NCBI GenBank assembly: GCA_028023455.1
Contig: JAQFVV010000007.1
Span: 7,440,001-7,504,000, forward strand
Reading direction: 5' to 3'
From: Epiperipatus broadwayi
Lineage: Eukaryota > Animalia > Onychophora
DNA: 64,000 nt
The notes below the pieces were generated by a model that was given only the letters and a program-made list of their open reading frames with translations, did not search any database and was not told where the DNA came from. Position 1 is the stretch's first letter. Each line of letters starts with the position of its first letter. Made by a program: the position numbers and the translations under genes. Shown piece after piece: positions 36,481 through 49,070 of this stretch.

Positions 36481-39400
36481 AGAAGCCATGTCATAGGAAA
36501 AAAAATATCGGACAGCACCATGTTTGTCAATCTTCAAAAGAAAAAAAAATTACATGCGCCAAAAAATATATAAATTAATCATAATTTACTAAAATTATTG
36601 TAAATTCAAATTGACTACAAAATAATTGCAGAAAAATTTATAAAAAATATTTGTAATTTTAAAATTAAACAGACAATAAAAAACACTTCCTGATATAGTG
36701 GGAATCTGTCATACAGTGGAAATGGCAAATGTAAAAAAAAGCCATATCATAGGGTAAAAAATATCAGATGGCACCATGTTTGTCGTTCCTTGAAAAATAA
36801 AAAAAAATTTATATGCAATAAAAAATACACAAATTAATAGTAATTTACTAAAAATATTGTAAATTCAAACTGACTACAAAATAATTGCAGAAAAATTTTT
36901 AAAAAATATTTGTAATTTTAAAATTAAAGACAATAAAAAAAACACTTTCCCGATATGGTGCGAATCTGTCATATGGTGAAAATGGTGGATGTAAAAAACT
37001 TCTTAATTAAAAGATATTATATAAAATTATGAAATTAAAAGTGTAGTCTTTTTTAAATGAAAATAAGGATAATTTATAAGAAAAATGGAAAAGAAGATAA
37101 TGAATCAAAAGAAGCAAAAAAACAAAAAAACAACCTATAAGGTAGTACATAAAATTATGAAATGTTTTTTTTAATGAAAATTAGAATAATTTCTAAAGAA
37201 AATGTAAAAGAAGGAAGCATTAAACATATATGGAAATATGTACAACTATGTTTAAAATAATACCACAATTATCACTACAAAATAAAAAAAATAACTGTAA
37301 TGGCAACATATAAAAACATCTTAAAAGCTACTATCTTTAATTATTAAAAAACAAAATGAAAATTTCTTACAAATAACAGCAGTGGAAAATTACTATAATA
37401 TCATCCAATCGACAGTTAAAAATTCACTCTATATAGTAATATAATGTCCATATTAAATATGAAATATATAAAAATATTCTTAATATGATCAAAAATATCA
37501 CTATGCTCATGCCAATATCAAAACCGCAAAAGACAGAGAAATAACAAAATTTCCTGTTGGTCTCTCAATGTTTTAAATCTCGTGGGTCATGATGATCAAA
37601 AAATCACCACACCCATGGATTAGTCATGCCAGTGTTTTTGTTGCCATGACATCGTTTATCTAATCTTCGATGAAATCTTATCAGCAAAAAAACATGTTAA
37701 GCGTAATACGTCATAGCAAGAAAAATACTAAACTACCCATAAGAGAGAAAGACAAAGAAATATAGTTAAAAGTACATTTAAAAAATATATAATTTTGTTT
37801 TTAGAATAAAGCTGTTTATTAAAAACAGGTGGTAAAAAGAATTAGAAGAAATAATTTAAATTCACTCTCTCCTCTTTTTCTAAATTAAAATAATTAAAAA
37901 AATAAAATGTCTAAAAATAAATAAATGTAAAATATTAAAATAAAATTAGTTATAAAAGAAACATTTGTGAAAATATCTCATCAGCAGAAAAGCAATTAAT
38001 TTGGAAAGATTCCTGGGGGATAAGATATTAGATTAATGTAATAAACATTAGATAAAATGAAATGTAAAAAAAAAAAACTAATTAAAAATAGATTTAAGTT
38101 GTGATAAAAATTAAAACTATGATAAGAAAATAAAAATGGGAGATTTAGATACAAAAGTGAGACTTAGCTATTGTTATATTTATTCCTGATTCATATTCAA
38201 ATTAAAAATCATTCACATTCTGAAATTCTAGAGATTCATTCAGACATCTGGAGATTCAGATATTCAGAAATTTAAGTGCAATAGAGAACCAATCATTACT
38301 GATGCAGACAACATTAATGCAGAAACTGCAGGATTAGCAACATGTGTTGCAAGAAAGCCATAGAATGTTCAACTAAGCTTCATGCCCAAACCATCAGCAA
38401 AATTAACTGTCCTAACCTGGAACCAATGCCTAAACTGGAAAAAGATGCTGCTGCATACTCTCTCTCTCTCTCTCTCCCATTGTTGAACCTAAGAATGGAA
38501 AATAAGCACTGAAACCATCAATGGAGACCAAAAGGGCAACCAGTTGGAAAGTAACACTAATAAAAATCTAGGTAAATATATTATCAATAAACTGTCTAGA
38601 CATATTACTTATTTTAAAGTGACAAGAACTTTAATGAAGGACTATCAGAAAATTTAGCCTTAATGTATTTGTTTATAATTACTTTACATAAAATTTTATT
38701 GTATTATATTACATATGTGTGTGAGTAAATAAACAATAATATTTGCTTAATTGTTAGTTGGCTTCGTCTCTCTCTTGTAACTGTGTCATCATTAATTTAA
38801 AGGTAAAAATATTGGTATATCTGAAATAAAATGTGCCGAACACCCTAATTATGAGTAGGTGCTATTTTGGAATATTTTAAGTGCTGAATTCATGTGCCTG
38901 AGTTTTATTCTCAAAACAAATAAAATACTTTGGATGGCAGTTTTTGTGATAGCAGTTGAGGAGTGCTATGATCAGGAAATATGGTTGGGCTGTGCATTTG
39001 TATAATCTTGACATGGCCATAAGTATGATTGATGGTTCCTTGATCAATGGCATTTTACCCCTCTGGTTGAAGGATCATTCCATTTCAGCAGGTATTAAAG
39101 ATATAATTAAATAATTGCATAAAGTAAAATGATAATAAAAAGATCCTATAAATAAATAATAAATAAAATAATAAAAAGGTATTATTAAATAAAGAATGTC
39201 TGGATATAATAATAATGTATCAAGAATAAATATTAATATTAAGCCAATAAGCTGTTAAAGTTAACATGAAAAATAAGGTATTGCAGGTGGATCCAGGGTT
39301 CAATATAAAGTACCCAGTTATATTTTCTGCTCACCACACATCAAAGCACCTCCCACTGAGTCTCAATTAACAGTAAGGCATAAGTGTTTGTTTAAATATA

Positions 39401-40984
39401 TAGAACCTGAACTCCACTAACTTCAATTTGGAGTGCCACTTGGTCCTAAGGAAAAGCACCTATGGATATACAACTCTTAGGCATCATCTTAAGTTTCCTT
39501 TAGTAACATATCAGCTTTACTTCACCTGAGAACATGAATTCTTAGAACTGATAAAGACTTGTTGTATATGCATTCAAAATAGAATTAAGAAGAGAAGATT
39601 GGCACAGACAACTAATATCAATAATGACATTTATTTTATTGAAATTACATATAAATATGATTACTTTATGAACTAATAAACATAGAAGAAAAATAATACT
39701 AAAGATTAAATATAAATAAAAAAATTAAATATATATATATGTTTATATAAAGATTCAAATTGAAAAAACATAACACTATTGGAAATATTAATAACTATCC
39801 ACACCAAAAATTATAAACATCAAAATATTCTAGTAAAATTTTTACAAATAATTGAGACCTCTTATTTCTCTAAATATTAATTTTAAAAGATCTGACTGTA
39901 GTCATTTTTGTAAATAATCCAGTAAGCTCACTAGATAAATGTATCAATTTGTTTTTCCACTGACATATAAAATTATTTCATACTGATTGGTTAAGTCAAG
40001 TGAGAATCTTCTTAAAGTAAACACACTTCTGCTGGAATGTGCAGGCTACACAATTGCAGATAATAAAAATGTTCTTCCAAAAGCAAATAAGCTATACTTT
40101 ACCTATTCATTATCTCTGGAGTCCGTATAGGTGTTTTTTGAAAGTCGATAAAATTACTTTGTTCAAGTTCCAGCTGACACACAACAGTTAGCTTAACAGA
40201 TCATTTTTGATTTTTTCTTTATGCAAAACTTCACCATTCTAGCTGTATTTGAATCAATACTAAAATTACTTTAACATAGGAATTCTTAGTAAAAATGCTC
40301 ATAAACCTAGAACTGGAATCTTTCCATATTTTGACAACTCCTTAATTGTATAAGCTATAAGATGCTGGTGAGTGACCTTTGACTTTTCACAAATGTTTTT
40401 ATTTTCTTTCTCCTTACATAGCCTTTGTCTGAAGAACAATTCTTGTCATAAACTTTAGCTTATTTCCTTTATTTTAAGTTCTTGTTTTTTACATTTTTGT
40501 TTGTTTTCTTCATTTATTCTTGTTGATCCTTTTTCTAGTAATTTACTACTAATCAGTTGCTTTTTCTTTCTTTATACTGTAATTAATACTGATTAGTTAT
40601 TTTTTCTTTGGTAGAATTTAACTTCAATTAAATCTTATACTCATCTTTGATTAATTCTTATTCCACAAGAACATTCATTTTAGACTTTTGAAATTATGTC
40701 TAAATTATATAATCATTTAAATATAAGCATCAAGAGAGAGTAATTTTTCTATATTATTTTTGTTTTCTTATATTTTAAAATATTTGGCTGAGTTCTCGAT
40801 TTAAGGTTGTTTAATTGAGGAGATTTATAATATATGATAGTATCAGAGGTATCCAAGTTTGTATTATTATAATATAACACATTTAACAGTTTTGAATAAT
40901 AACAATGATAAATCATGAAAACATCACCTGATCACTATTTGATATGCTTACAAAGACTGTTAAACAGTAGCAATTTTCTCAATG

Positions 40985-41212
40985 CAGTAGTGCCCCAATA
41001 CAAGCCATAATCATCAATGCATGCTAGAAAGTTTGTGCATCAAAATCCCTATCCAGTGCTTACTCATACAAGATCCCCAGACTAGTTTTAAATATGTGGC
41101 CTTTATCAATGAGAAGCCTTGGAACTAAAAACACTACATCTAGATGTTTTGGATATAATGCAGCCCTCCAGCAGCCACCTTTTATCTTTTTAGTTAACTG
41201 TAAAGCTATGAG
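40985..41212 (-). mobile_element. Family C copy with degenerate minimal HHR (41074-41116)
   Basis: Reverse complement: ttctca TTGATAA aggccacatattt AAAA ctag TC tgggga. Confidence 0.75.
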
Positions 41213-41427
41213 TCCAAAACAAAAACACAAAAATAATTTTTAATCCCAGCTCATCTCCTAATATAATCATATAGCTCTGAAATTAGTGCAATATCAATAT
41301 ATTTTAGTGCCTTTAGTTTTTTTAATAATGATAGGCACTATCATCCATTGAACCAGGATTAGTATAACCCATTAAAACATCACACAATTATCATTTTTTA
41401 TATTTACATAAATTGTTAAAACCGTAG

Positions 41428-41700
41428 TGATGTGATGTATTATGGCTTCTCTTTAAATGAAGTCAAGAATATCTCAGCAATTATGCCCAGATAAACCTGT
41501 TAGCCACTTTATTTCACATTCCCCACTCTAAATTTACCCATAATCTGCTCTATCCAATTTCCACAACATAATCTTTGTCAACTCTATACCCTTTATATCT
41601 AAACCCCCCTTATCTTTTTCCAAACCCAGCATAAAAACCAATAATTCACTTTCTGTATAATCACTCTTTTCATATTTATTTTTCAACAACTTCATTATAT
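41428..41700 (-). mobile_element. Family E LINE 3' end
   Basis: Reverse complement of 3915-4180, including the (ACATC)n tail. Confidence 0.8.
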
Positions 41701-42383
41701 ATACAGTAGTGCCACCTAGTGCAAGCCATATTAGTCAATAAAAATAATAAACACCAATAATATATTTCTTTAAATACAAGAACTTTTGATTATATTGTTG
41801 TAATCAGTACCAACAGAATTTACACAGGCTAAAAGCAGTTAAGTGATTTTCCAAGAATTTAGACCAATATTAGCAGATTGTCTGTTTATTATACTAATTT
41901 GAATTACTTTATAAGAATTGCCTCTTTAATTTTTCTATAATATCTTTCTTACTGTAATATTAAACAATTGTATAATAAATAGACAATCCATTAATATTGA
42001 TCTACATAGTTCTTGGAAAGTCACATGATGTTTTTTTGCCAATGAAATTCAGTTGATAATGAGTACAATGTAATTGAAAGTACTTCTGCTTAAATTTTTG
42101 TATTCTTATTATTAATTTCTATATTATTACATTTTATGATTGGATAAATCATAGATTAGCATGCTCCAAAATTAAAATGGTAGTGAGATTAAAAAAAATT
42201 GATATTATTCCAATCATATGCACAAAAAAAAAGATGTTGAGACTTTAGAAGTATTTACTATACACTCTAAATTTCAATCACTACTAGATACTAAAATTGC
42301 TTATTTCAATCTTTAGGACTTTCATATTACTGAAGCATGAAATCCTCTTAAGGAGAATACTATTTTCAGGTCCACTAAAAAGA

Positions 42384-42420
<37 letters not shown>

Positions 42421-42486
42421 CTATTAAATAAAAAATAATTAAATTTATTTTGCTTCCTTTCTCAAACAGAGTCACAGTCACTTATA

Positions 42487-42879
42487 ATAAATATATATGG
42501 GATTTGAACTCAGACTTTCAATCTCTTTCTTTCACTCTCCACACTATCTCATACTCCTGATACACTTGCAGAAAGTATAAATAATCACCAATATACATAT
42601 TTTGTGCTAAACCAGCATTCATCAGTTGGTCCAGATTACCATCTCTCATACATATATATATATAATCAGTGCTCAGTCTATATTGAGATAGCAAATCCTT
42701 ACACTTTAACGGACAGACTTCAACTTACTCCAACCTCCAACTCTTCATTCTGAATGTGTGTGGTCATGTGTATCAGTAGTATGAGATAGTGTGAATATTA
42801 AAAGGGCTTGAAAGTCTGAGTTCAAATCCCCTATATTTACAATTAGACTCTAGGTTTAAGAGTACCTAGTATTTCAAAT
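42487..42879. mobile_element. Family A inverted-arm insertion with 10-bp TSD
   Basis: TSD gtcacttata at 42477-42486 and 42880-42889; minus arm 42487-42747 with HHR at 42577-42646; plus arm 42753-42879 with tail hairpin. Confidence 0.85.
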
Positions 42880-43494
42880 GTCACTTATAGAGTTGAAAAT
42901 TTCAAGTACTGGAAATGAAAAAGAAGAGTTATGATTCATGAAGTTCTGAGTTTTAAAATCTGCTACCATAACACCACACCAAACAACCCAAGGACACACT
43001 TTACCTTTAATTATGATAACATGAAATATTGCAGAAGAATAGTAACAGCATTCAAGTTTACTGATTACAAATAAAATTAAACATTTAACAAAATCTGCAT
43101 CCAAATGATTCATTCAATTCATATAAATAATTTTCCATTCTCATCTTAAACACAAAATGAGATTGATATGGTTTTTTTAGATATCAAATAAATTATCTCT
43201 ATTATTATAAGTAGTTTTAAAATAAGATTGCACTGTTTGATGATGAATAAACATTTCTACTTTACATCCTAACTAAAAAGTGAAAAACAATCAGCAGTCA
43301 AATCAGCTGTAAATGCTAAGATAAAAAAAAATTGATATTGATATTACAAGCAGTTATTTATATAAATAGTAAACAATTATCATTAATATTACTACAACCA
43401 TTAGGAAGCCATCCCATATTCCCACAGTTGATGCTAGAAAAACTAATTAAAAATGAAATTCTAATACTGTACTAGAATTCTCTCACTCCCAACC

Positions 43495-43712
43495 CCTCCC
43501 TCCTTCTCTCTCTCTTGCCCTCTCTCACTCTCTTCCTCTCTCCCCTCTCCCTATATATCTACCTATCCATCTATATACCCATCTATCTATATATCCATCT
43601 ATCTATCTATCTGTCTGTCTAGTCCATATAGCTATCTATTTATTTATCTATCCATCCATATAGCTATCCATTTATCTATCTATTTATCTATCTATCTATC
43701 TGTCTATCTATA
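43495..43712. repeat. CT-rich tract followed by degenerate (CTAT)n
   Basis: Directly visible. Confidence 0.9.
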
Positions 43713-46639
43713 TTATAACCTTATAGTCAGTTCAGAGAGGGATAAACATGTAATATAGTGCTTTAAATTTTTTTAATTAGCTTAAAGATAATTCTTTTGG
43801 TAAAATAAATCTTACTATTATGAACTGTATAAAATCTTTATTTAAAATTGTATTATTAAAATATGTGATAAAATGTATTTAAACGCTAATTGATAAGACA
43901 TTAATTAATTTATTTGAAAGTTAGTTAAAGTTTGATGAATTAAACTTAAATAAAACTAGTTTAAAATGTATTATATTTTGAGTAAATTTCAATAGAGAAA
44001 GTTTTTGTTATCTTTTAGAAAGGCATTATTAAAGTATTAATTATTAGTTTATAATAAGCTCCATAATATTAATCACTTGCTTGTATGCTTGGTGTATGTA
44101 TGTGTATGTGGGTAATTATAAAAGATAAAAGTTTGAAATAAATTATTTTTAAAGTTGTCAATTATCTTAAAAGTAATATATTTCATGTAATAAATATTAT
44201 CGTAATATTAAAGTGATTTATTCATAATTTTTTGAGAACATTTAAATAAAATAATTTTAGTTAGTGGTTAAATAAAGTTAATTATGTTTTATTTGTTTTA
44301 AAAATGTCTAGGTAGATTTCAAGATTAAATTTTAATTTTAGATGACCTGATTAAAAAAGATTAAGGTCATATAAATTAATTTAAAACCCTACCCCAGTAT
44401 TAAATGCAGATTGATTAATTGAAATCAATGGTCAATTACATCATGATTCAAACAAGCACATAACTATTTAAAGAGAAAAATAGAAAATAAATTATGAGTC
44501 TAACTCTTACATCAAATATAATTCTAACTTCTCTAAAAAAGCAACTTTAATTAAATATTTTTATTTTAATAATGCATTGCTAAATTTTAATGTCATTTAA
44601 GCAATCTGCATTAAGGATCATGCATGCTTTTGCTATGTATGAACATTATATTTTGTATGAAAAGTACTACAAGCTTTATTGTTATGGAAAAAAGTCCAAA
44701 CCACTGTAATATGAAAATATACTATAACAGAATACAAAGCTGGAGAATCATTATGTATGGTGTTTAATGTTCTATGAACTGTTAATTAATTCTAGTTACT
44801 AGTTTATTAATATGTCATTTCAAAGATTTAAGAGTTATACAACTTAATTATAGACTAATGTCACTTTCTATGCTCTATTAATTTGCAATATTTTTAAAAG
44901 AAATTATTGATACAATATTTGATCATTAATTATTAAAGCATTTTTATTATATAAAACTGTCTCAAAGCTGAAGTAAGCACTAAGATAAATTATTTTAAAA
45001 TTATTATGAAATAAAAAGAGGAAATGATGGGTGTTCATTTCAAAAGTCATCATTTATTTAAATAAATGGCAATATCATTTATGCTTATATTTGTACTGCC
45101 TTAAAGAATATCTTATATTATTGTGTTTCATATTGTGCAAATAAACATTATTTGGGAATTTTATTAATTTATCCAGTTTAAGTATTATATTGTTCTGCAA
45201 AAGAAATAGTTTTAAAATTTGCATGGTCATGTTAATCCTGCTAAGCTGCTGTATAAACATTTATTATGGAAACTTCATTCTCATCTATTTCAAAATTTGC
45301 CTGTACTTGTTCCACTATTCATTTTTTAAAATTAAAAGGCTAACACTTCAAGAAACAACCACTCTGATTTATTCATTTACTTTTTATGCATTTAATAAAA
45401 CCATGCAATGTTTAACTTTCATAAAGAATTGGCAGACTCATATGCCCAAATAATTTTGTTTTTATTTAAAATGAAAGAACTAATAAACTCTTGGACTTTA
45501 TTACAATGGGGTAATACAAAGTGTAGTGTGTTTAAAATATTGGTGTTATTATTAGTATTATTATTCTTTTTATAATAATTACTAGTGTATTATTAATTTA
45601 TTGTTTTATATTATATTAGGTATATTAATGATATTATTCATTTTAAAATTGCAATAAATAAATATCCAGGTGGTATAGTTCCAAATATGAAATTTTAAAA
45701 GTTCTCAGATTTATATGTCAGTAGTATTTGAGTGTGTTAAGTGTGGACACATGGTAAACAGTTGTTTTATACTTTGAATGTGAATAAATGTATCATTTGA
45801 GTTCAGTGTATGAATGAACATAATTTTAATTCATATTTTATGGTATTGCTTTGCAATTTCTTGTATTGGTTTTCATATTTCTTTAGTCAGAATATGTGTG
45901 TTTATATCTATATAGCATGTAAATGAAAGCTAAACTATGTATGCATTATGTATTAACAATGCCTTATTTTTCACTTATTAGTATTCTTCCCATTGCCAGG
46001 TATCAACTGTGGCAATCATGTTGGTGTTTTCCATTATTTTAAATTTTATTAAACTCCTCCAGAATAGAGATTGAGGCTCATGTGGTACTTTCTGTTCATG
46101 TAGTCAGGTATCAACTTATTCTATTGCCTTTAAATTCATTAGTATTTTTTATTTAAGCACATTTAAAACATATACATGTTTAACAGGCTACAACTCTACT
46201 TCAAGTTATTTTAAGGTATATTGAGTCATTGAGAGTACAGCTTCATTAATATTCTGCCTATGTATGCATATCAGATAAAACTTTATGAATTATATGTGTT
46301 TTTGTATTCTATTCTGTTAGCAGTATTATAGGAATAAATTCTGCACTTATTTTAAATTTTGTTTTTATTAACTTTTAGTGGCCTATGCAAATGCAAATGC
46401 TTGCTACTCTGTATGCATATATACTAGTTAGTTTATTTTTTTTTAATAAAAAGGATAACTGCTTAAATGTAGTTAAATATAAATATTATTTTCAAGTGTT
46501 TACTCACATGATAGTTTAAATTAGATTATTTAAATGCTTAAGTCATCAGTAATTAATACTGTAATGTCTGTTTATTACTTTATTTTATTGTAATATCAAA
46601 GATATAAGGTAAAACATATTTTTTTATTCTTTAAATACA

Positions 46640-46860
46640 TCACATTATCACCATTTCTTATGCTTGCTCTTAACTGTTATTAAAACAGGTAAAACTCTCT
46701 ATACTCAGGCGCCTTGCTCTCAGATCCAAGGATCCTTACTGACGAAGACCACAAGCTAGAAACTAGTCTGGGGATATTGGATGAATAGGCACTAGATTGG
46801 GATTTTATGCACAAGCCTTCTGGCATCCATTGATTACTCTGGCTTGCACTAAGTGACAAT
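46640..46860 (+). mobile_element. Family C copy
   Basis: Shares caccatttcttatgcttgctc with 2457-2478, and the HHR-containing body. Confidence 0.78.
46733..46774 (+). ncRNA. Minimal type I hammerhead ribozyme (family C)
   Basis: tcctta CTGACGA agaccacaagcta GAAA ctag TC tgggga; core intact, stem II weak. Confidence 0.65.
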
Positions 46861-48169
46861 ACATATAGATAGGTTTGCTTGTTTTAATTCTTTAAACATG
46901 TTTATGTTTTCATTGTCATCATCATCACAGCAATTTACCCAGAAAATCTAATTAATAAAACAATATTAAATAATGTTAAACATAAGAATACATTTCAAGT
47001 CAACTTAAAGTTATTTATTCAATCTATTTTCCAAATACCTGCACTATTTAAAATACTGCTATATTATTTTGCTTTTTATCACAAGTATATTTAATGGCTA
47101 GTGAGTAGCACAAAGTAGCTGCCCACTGCATTATTTTACATTGTTTATTGCAAGATTAAATATTATATTTTAATAAAATGTACCCACTTATTTTTAACAT
47201 AAGAACATTAAATATTTTAAAGTGTTTTCTATTGCTAACTAAATGTTATTAAAGATATTCTGATATTTGAATACCTATAATTTCACTTCATTATTCATTT
47301 TTAAATGAGATATGTTTCTAAAAGTATGAGAAGAAAATAAGATTATCGTGTGTATAAAGAACCTAATTTGTTATCTCCTTTGAGTAGAATTTGAGTCTAA
47401 GCAAATTAATTATTTATTATATTGAATAAGAATAAGAATATGAGATTTGGATAAAATGAGAATTTGATATTTTTATTGTTTATATTTTCGTTATTGTATG
47501 TTTTGTCTATAAGAGGACTCATTCTCATAAACAAATCCATAGTTATTATGGTAACCACCTTGTTATATATCTCTTTGTCAATCTACTATTGATTAGGTTA
47601 GACTTTCAAATGTTACAATATATTAAATCATAAATCATTATAATTAATTGATTATTATATGTAGCTCACTTCACATAATTGAAGTCAATGCTCAAAATTA
47701 CCCAATAGAATATGAGCAATCTGTTGAAAGGCACTATTCAGATAAATGGATTTCCATTTACCACTCAAGTTTTGTTTTGAAAAAAAAAGTCTGATATTCT
47801 ATTAGTTAATTTCCATTTATTAATTGAGTATTGGTTGCTTAACAAGTATTTTTTTGGTTAATTTGAAATCATCTGGGATGGGTGTGGGGGGGGGGGGTAA
47901 AATCAATAAATATATTTTTCAACTTGCCAGTTGTGATATTATAGAGTTCATTAATGTAAGCTCATACCTTTATTAGGTAAACCTTGAGAAACAAATGAAC
48001 AATACAAGATTTCCTAAAAAAATATTCTACCATAAATAAAGCATGATCTTTATGGGTGAGGTAGATTCTGTTTATCTTATAATGATTATCTCAATGAAAA
48101 ATTGTAAAAAGTATATAATGTTAATTGTTTTTATTAGAATAACATTGGAAGCTAAAAATAGATAGGAAG

Positions 48170-48950
48170 TGATGTGATGCACTGTGACTTCTCCTTATAC
48201 GGAGTCAGGAATCTCTCAGCAACTATGCCCAGAAAAACCTGTTAGCCACTTTATTTTTCCTTTCCATCCCCCCTCCCCATGTTTTCCCATAATCTGTTCC
48301 ATCCCATTTCCACAACATAATCTTTGTCAACTCCATGGCCTTCATATCTAAATTCCCCTTATCTTTTCCCAAACCCAGCATAATAAAGAATAACCCACTT
48401 TCTGTATAATCACTTTGTTCATATTTATTCTTCCATAACTTCATTAATTGTACTTTTCTGCTTTCAGGCATTTACATTCAATTAACAGATGCCTAATATT
48501 TTCTATGGCTTCCTTACACAACTTGCAGAATAAATCACCCATAATTTTCCATTTACAAGTATAGTCCTTTGTTGCTAAAGATCCCATTTGAGCTTAAACA
48601 ATAAACTACTTTCCTTGCTATTATCATAAATTAACTCGCACTCAATGTTCTGTTTCCTTCTATATATATTTAAACTCTTTTTACTAGCTCTCCATCTCTC
48701 CAAATCCCTATTCTTTATTAGTGCATTTATTCTTCTATTCCATTCCTTACCACTATAACACTCAACAATCCCCCCAAGACAATCATCTCACCTTTTGTAC
48801 AAGTATACTGATATAAATTCTTTATCCAAATCTTCTGCATACCACATTACCTTTCTGATTTATCTTGTTGCCTTCTCTTTAATCATAACCCAATTAAATA
48901 CTATTTTGGCTATTCTTTTATTATCCATAAATTGCAATCTGCCAAACTCT
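48170..48950 (-). mobile_element. Family E LINE, longest 3' fragment
   Basis: Minus strand FGRLQFMDNKRIAKIVFNW...ELIYDNS...CKLCKEAIENIRHLLIEC (intact CCHC), then (ACATC)n tail. Confidence 0.82.
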
Positions 48951-48952
48951 CA

Positions 48953-49070
48953 TACAGTAGTGCCATCAAGTGCAAGCTTTCATAATCAATGAATGCGCTA
49001 CTGCATGGAGAATTTGATACTCTTATTAACAGCACGTGTAAGCGTATGAAATGATAATCATGTGATATTG
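48953..49070. mobile_element. Family C 3' ends in inverted arrangement
   Basis: 48953-48997 is the reverse complement of 60778-60818; 48997-49070 matches 60810-60880 forward. Confidence 0.65.

Larger units (their letters stand above)
32927..37738. mobile_element. Large foldback structure: two inverted copies of an unclassified TIR DNA transposon
   Basis: 32927-35805 (minus two insertions) is the reverse complement of 36056-37738. Termini GG(G/T)TAGTTTAGTATTTTTCTTG; ATA at 32924-32926 and 37739-37741, TAT at 36042-36044. Confidence 0.85.
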
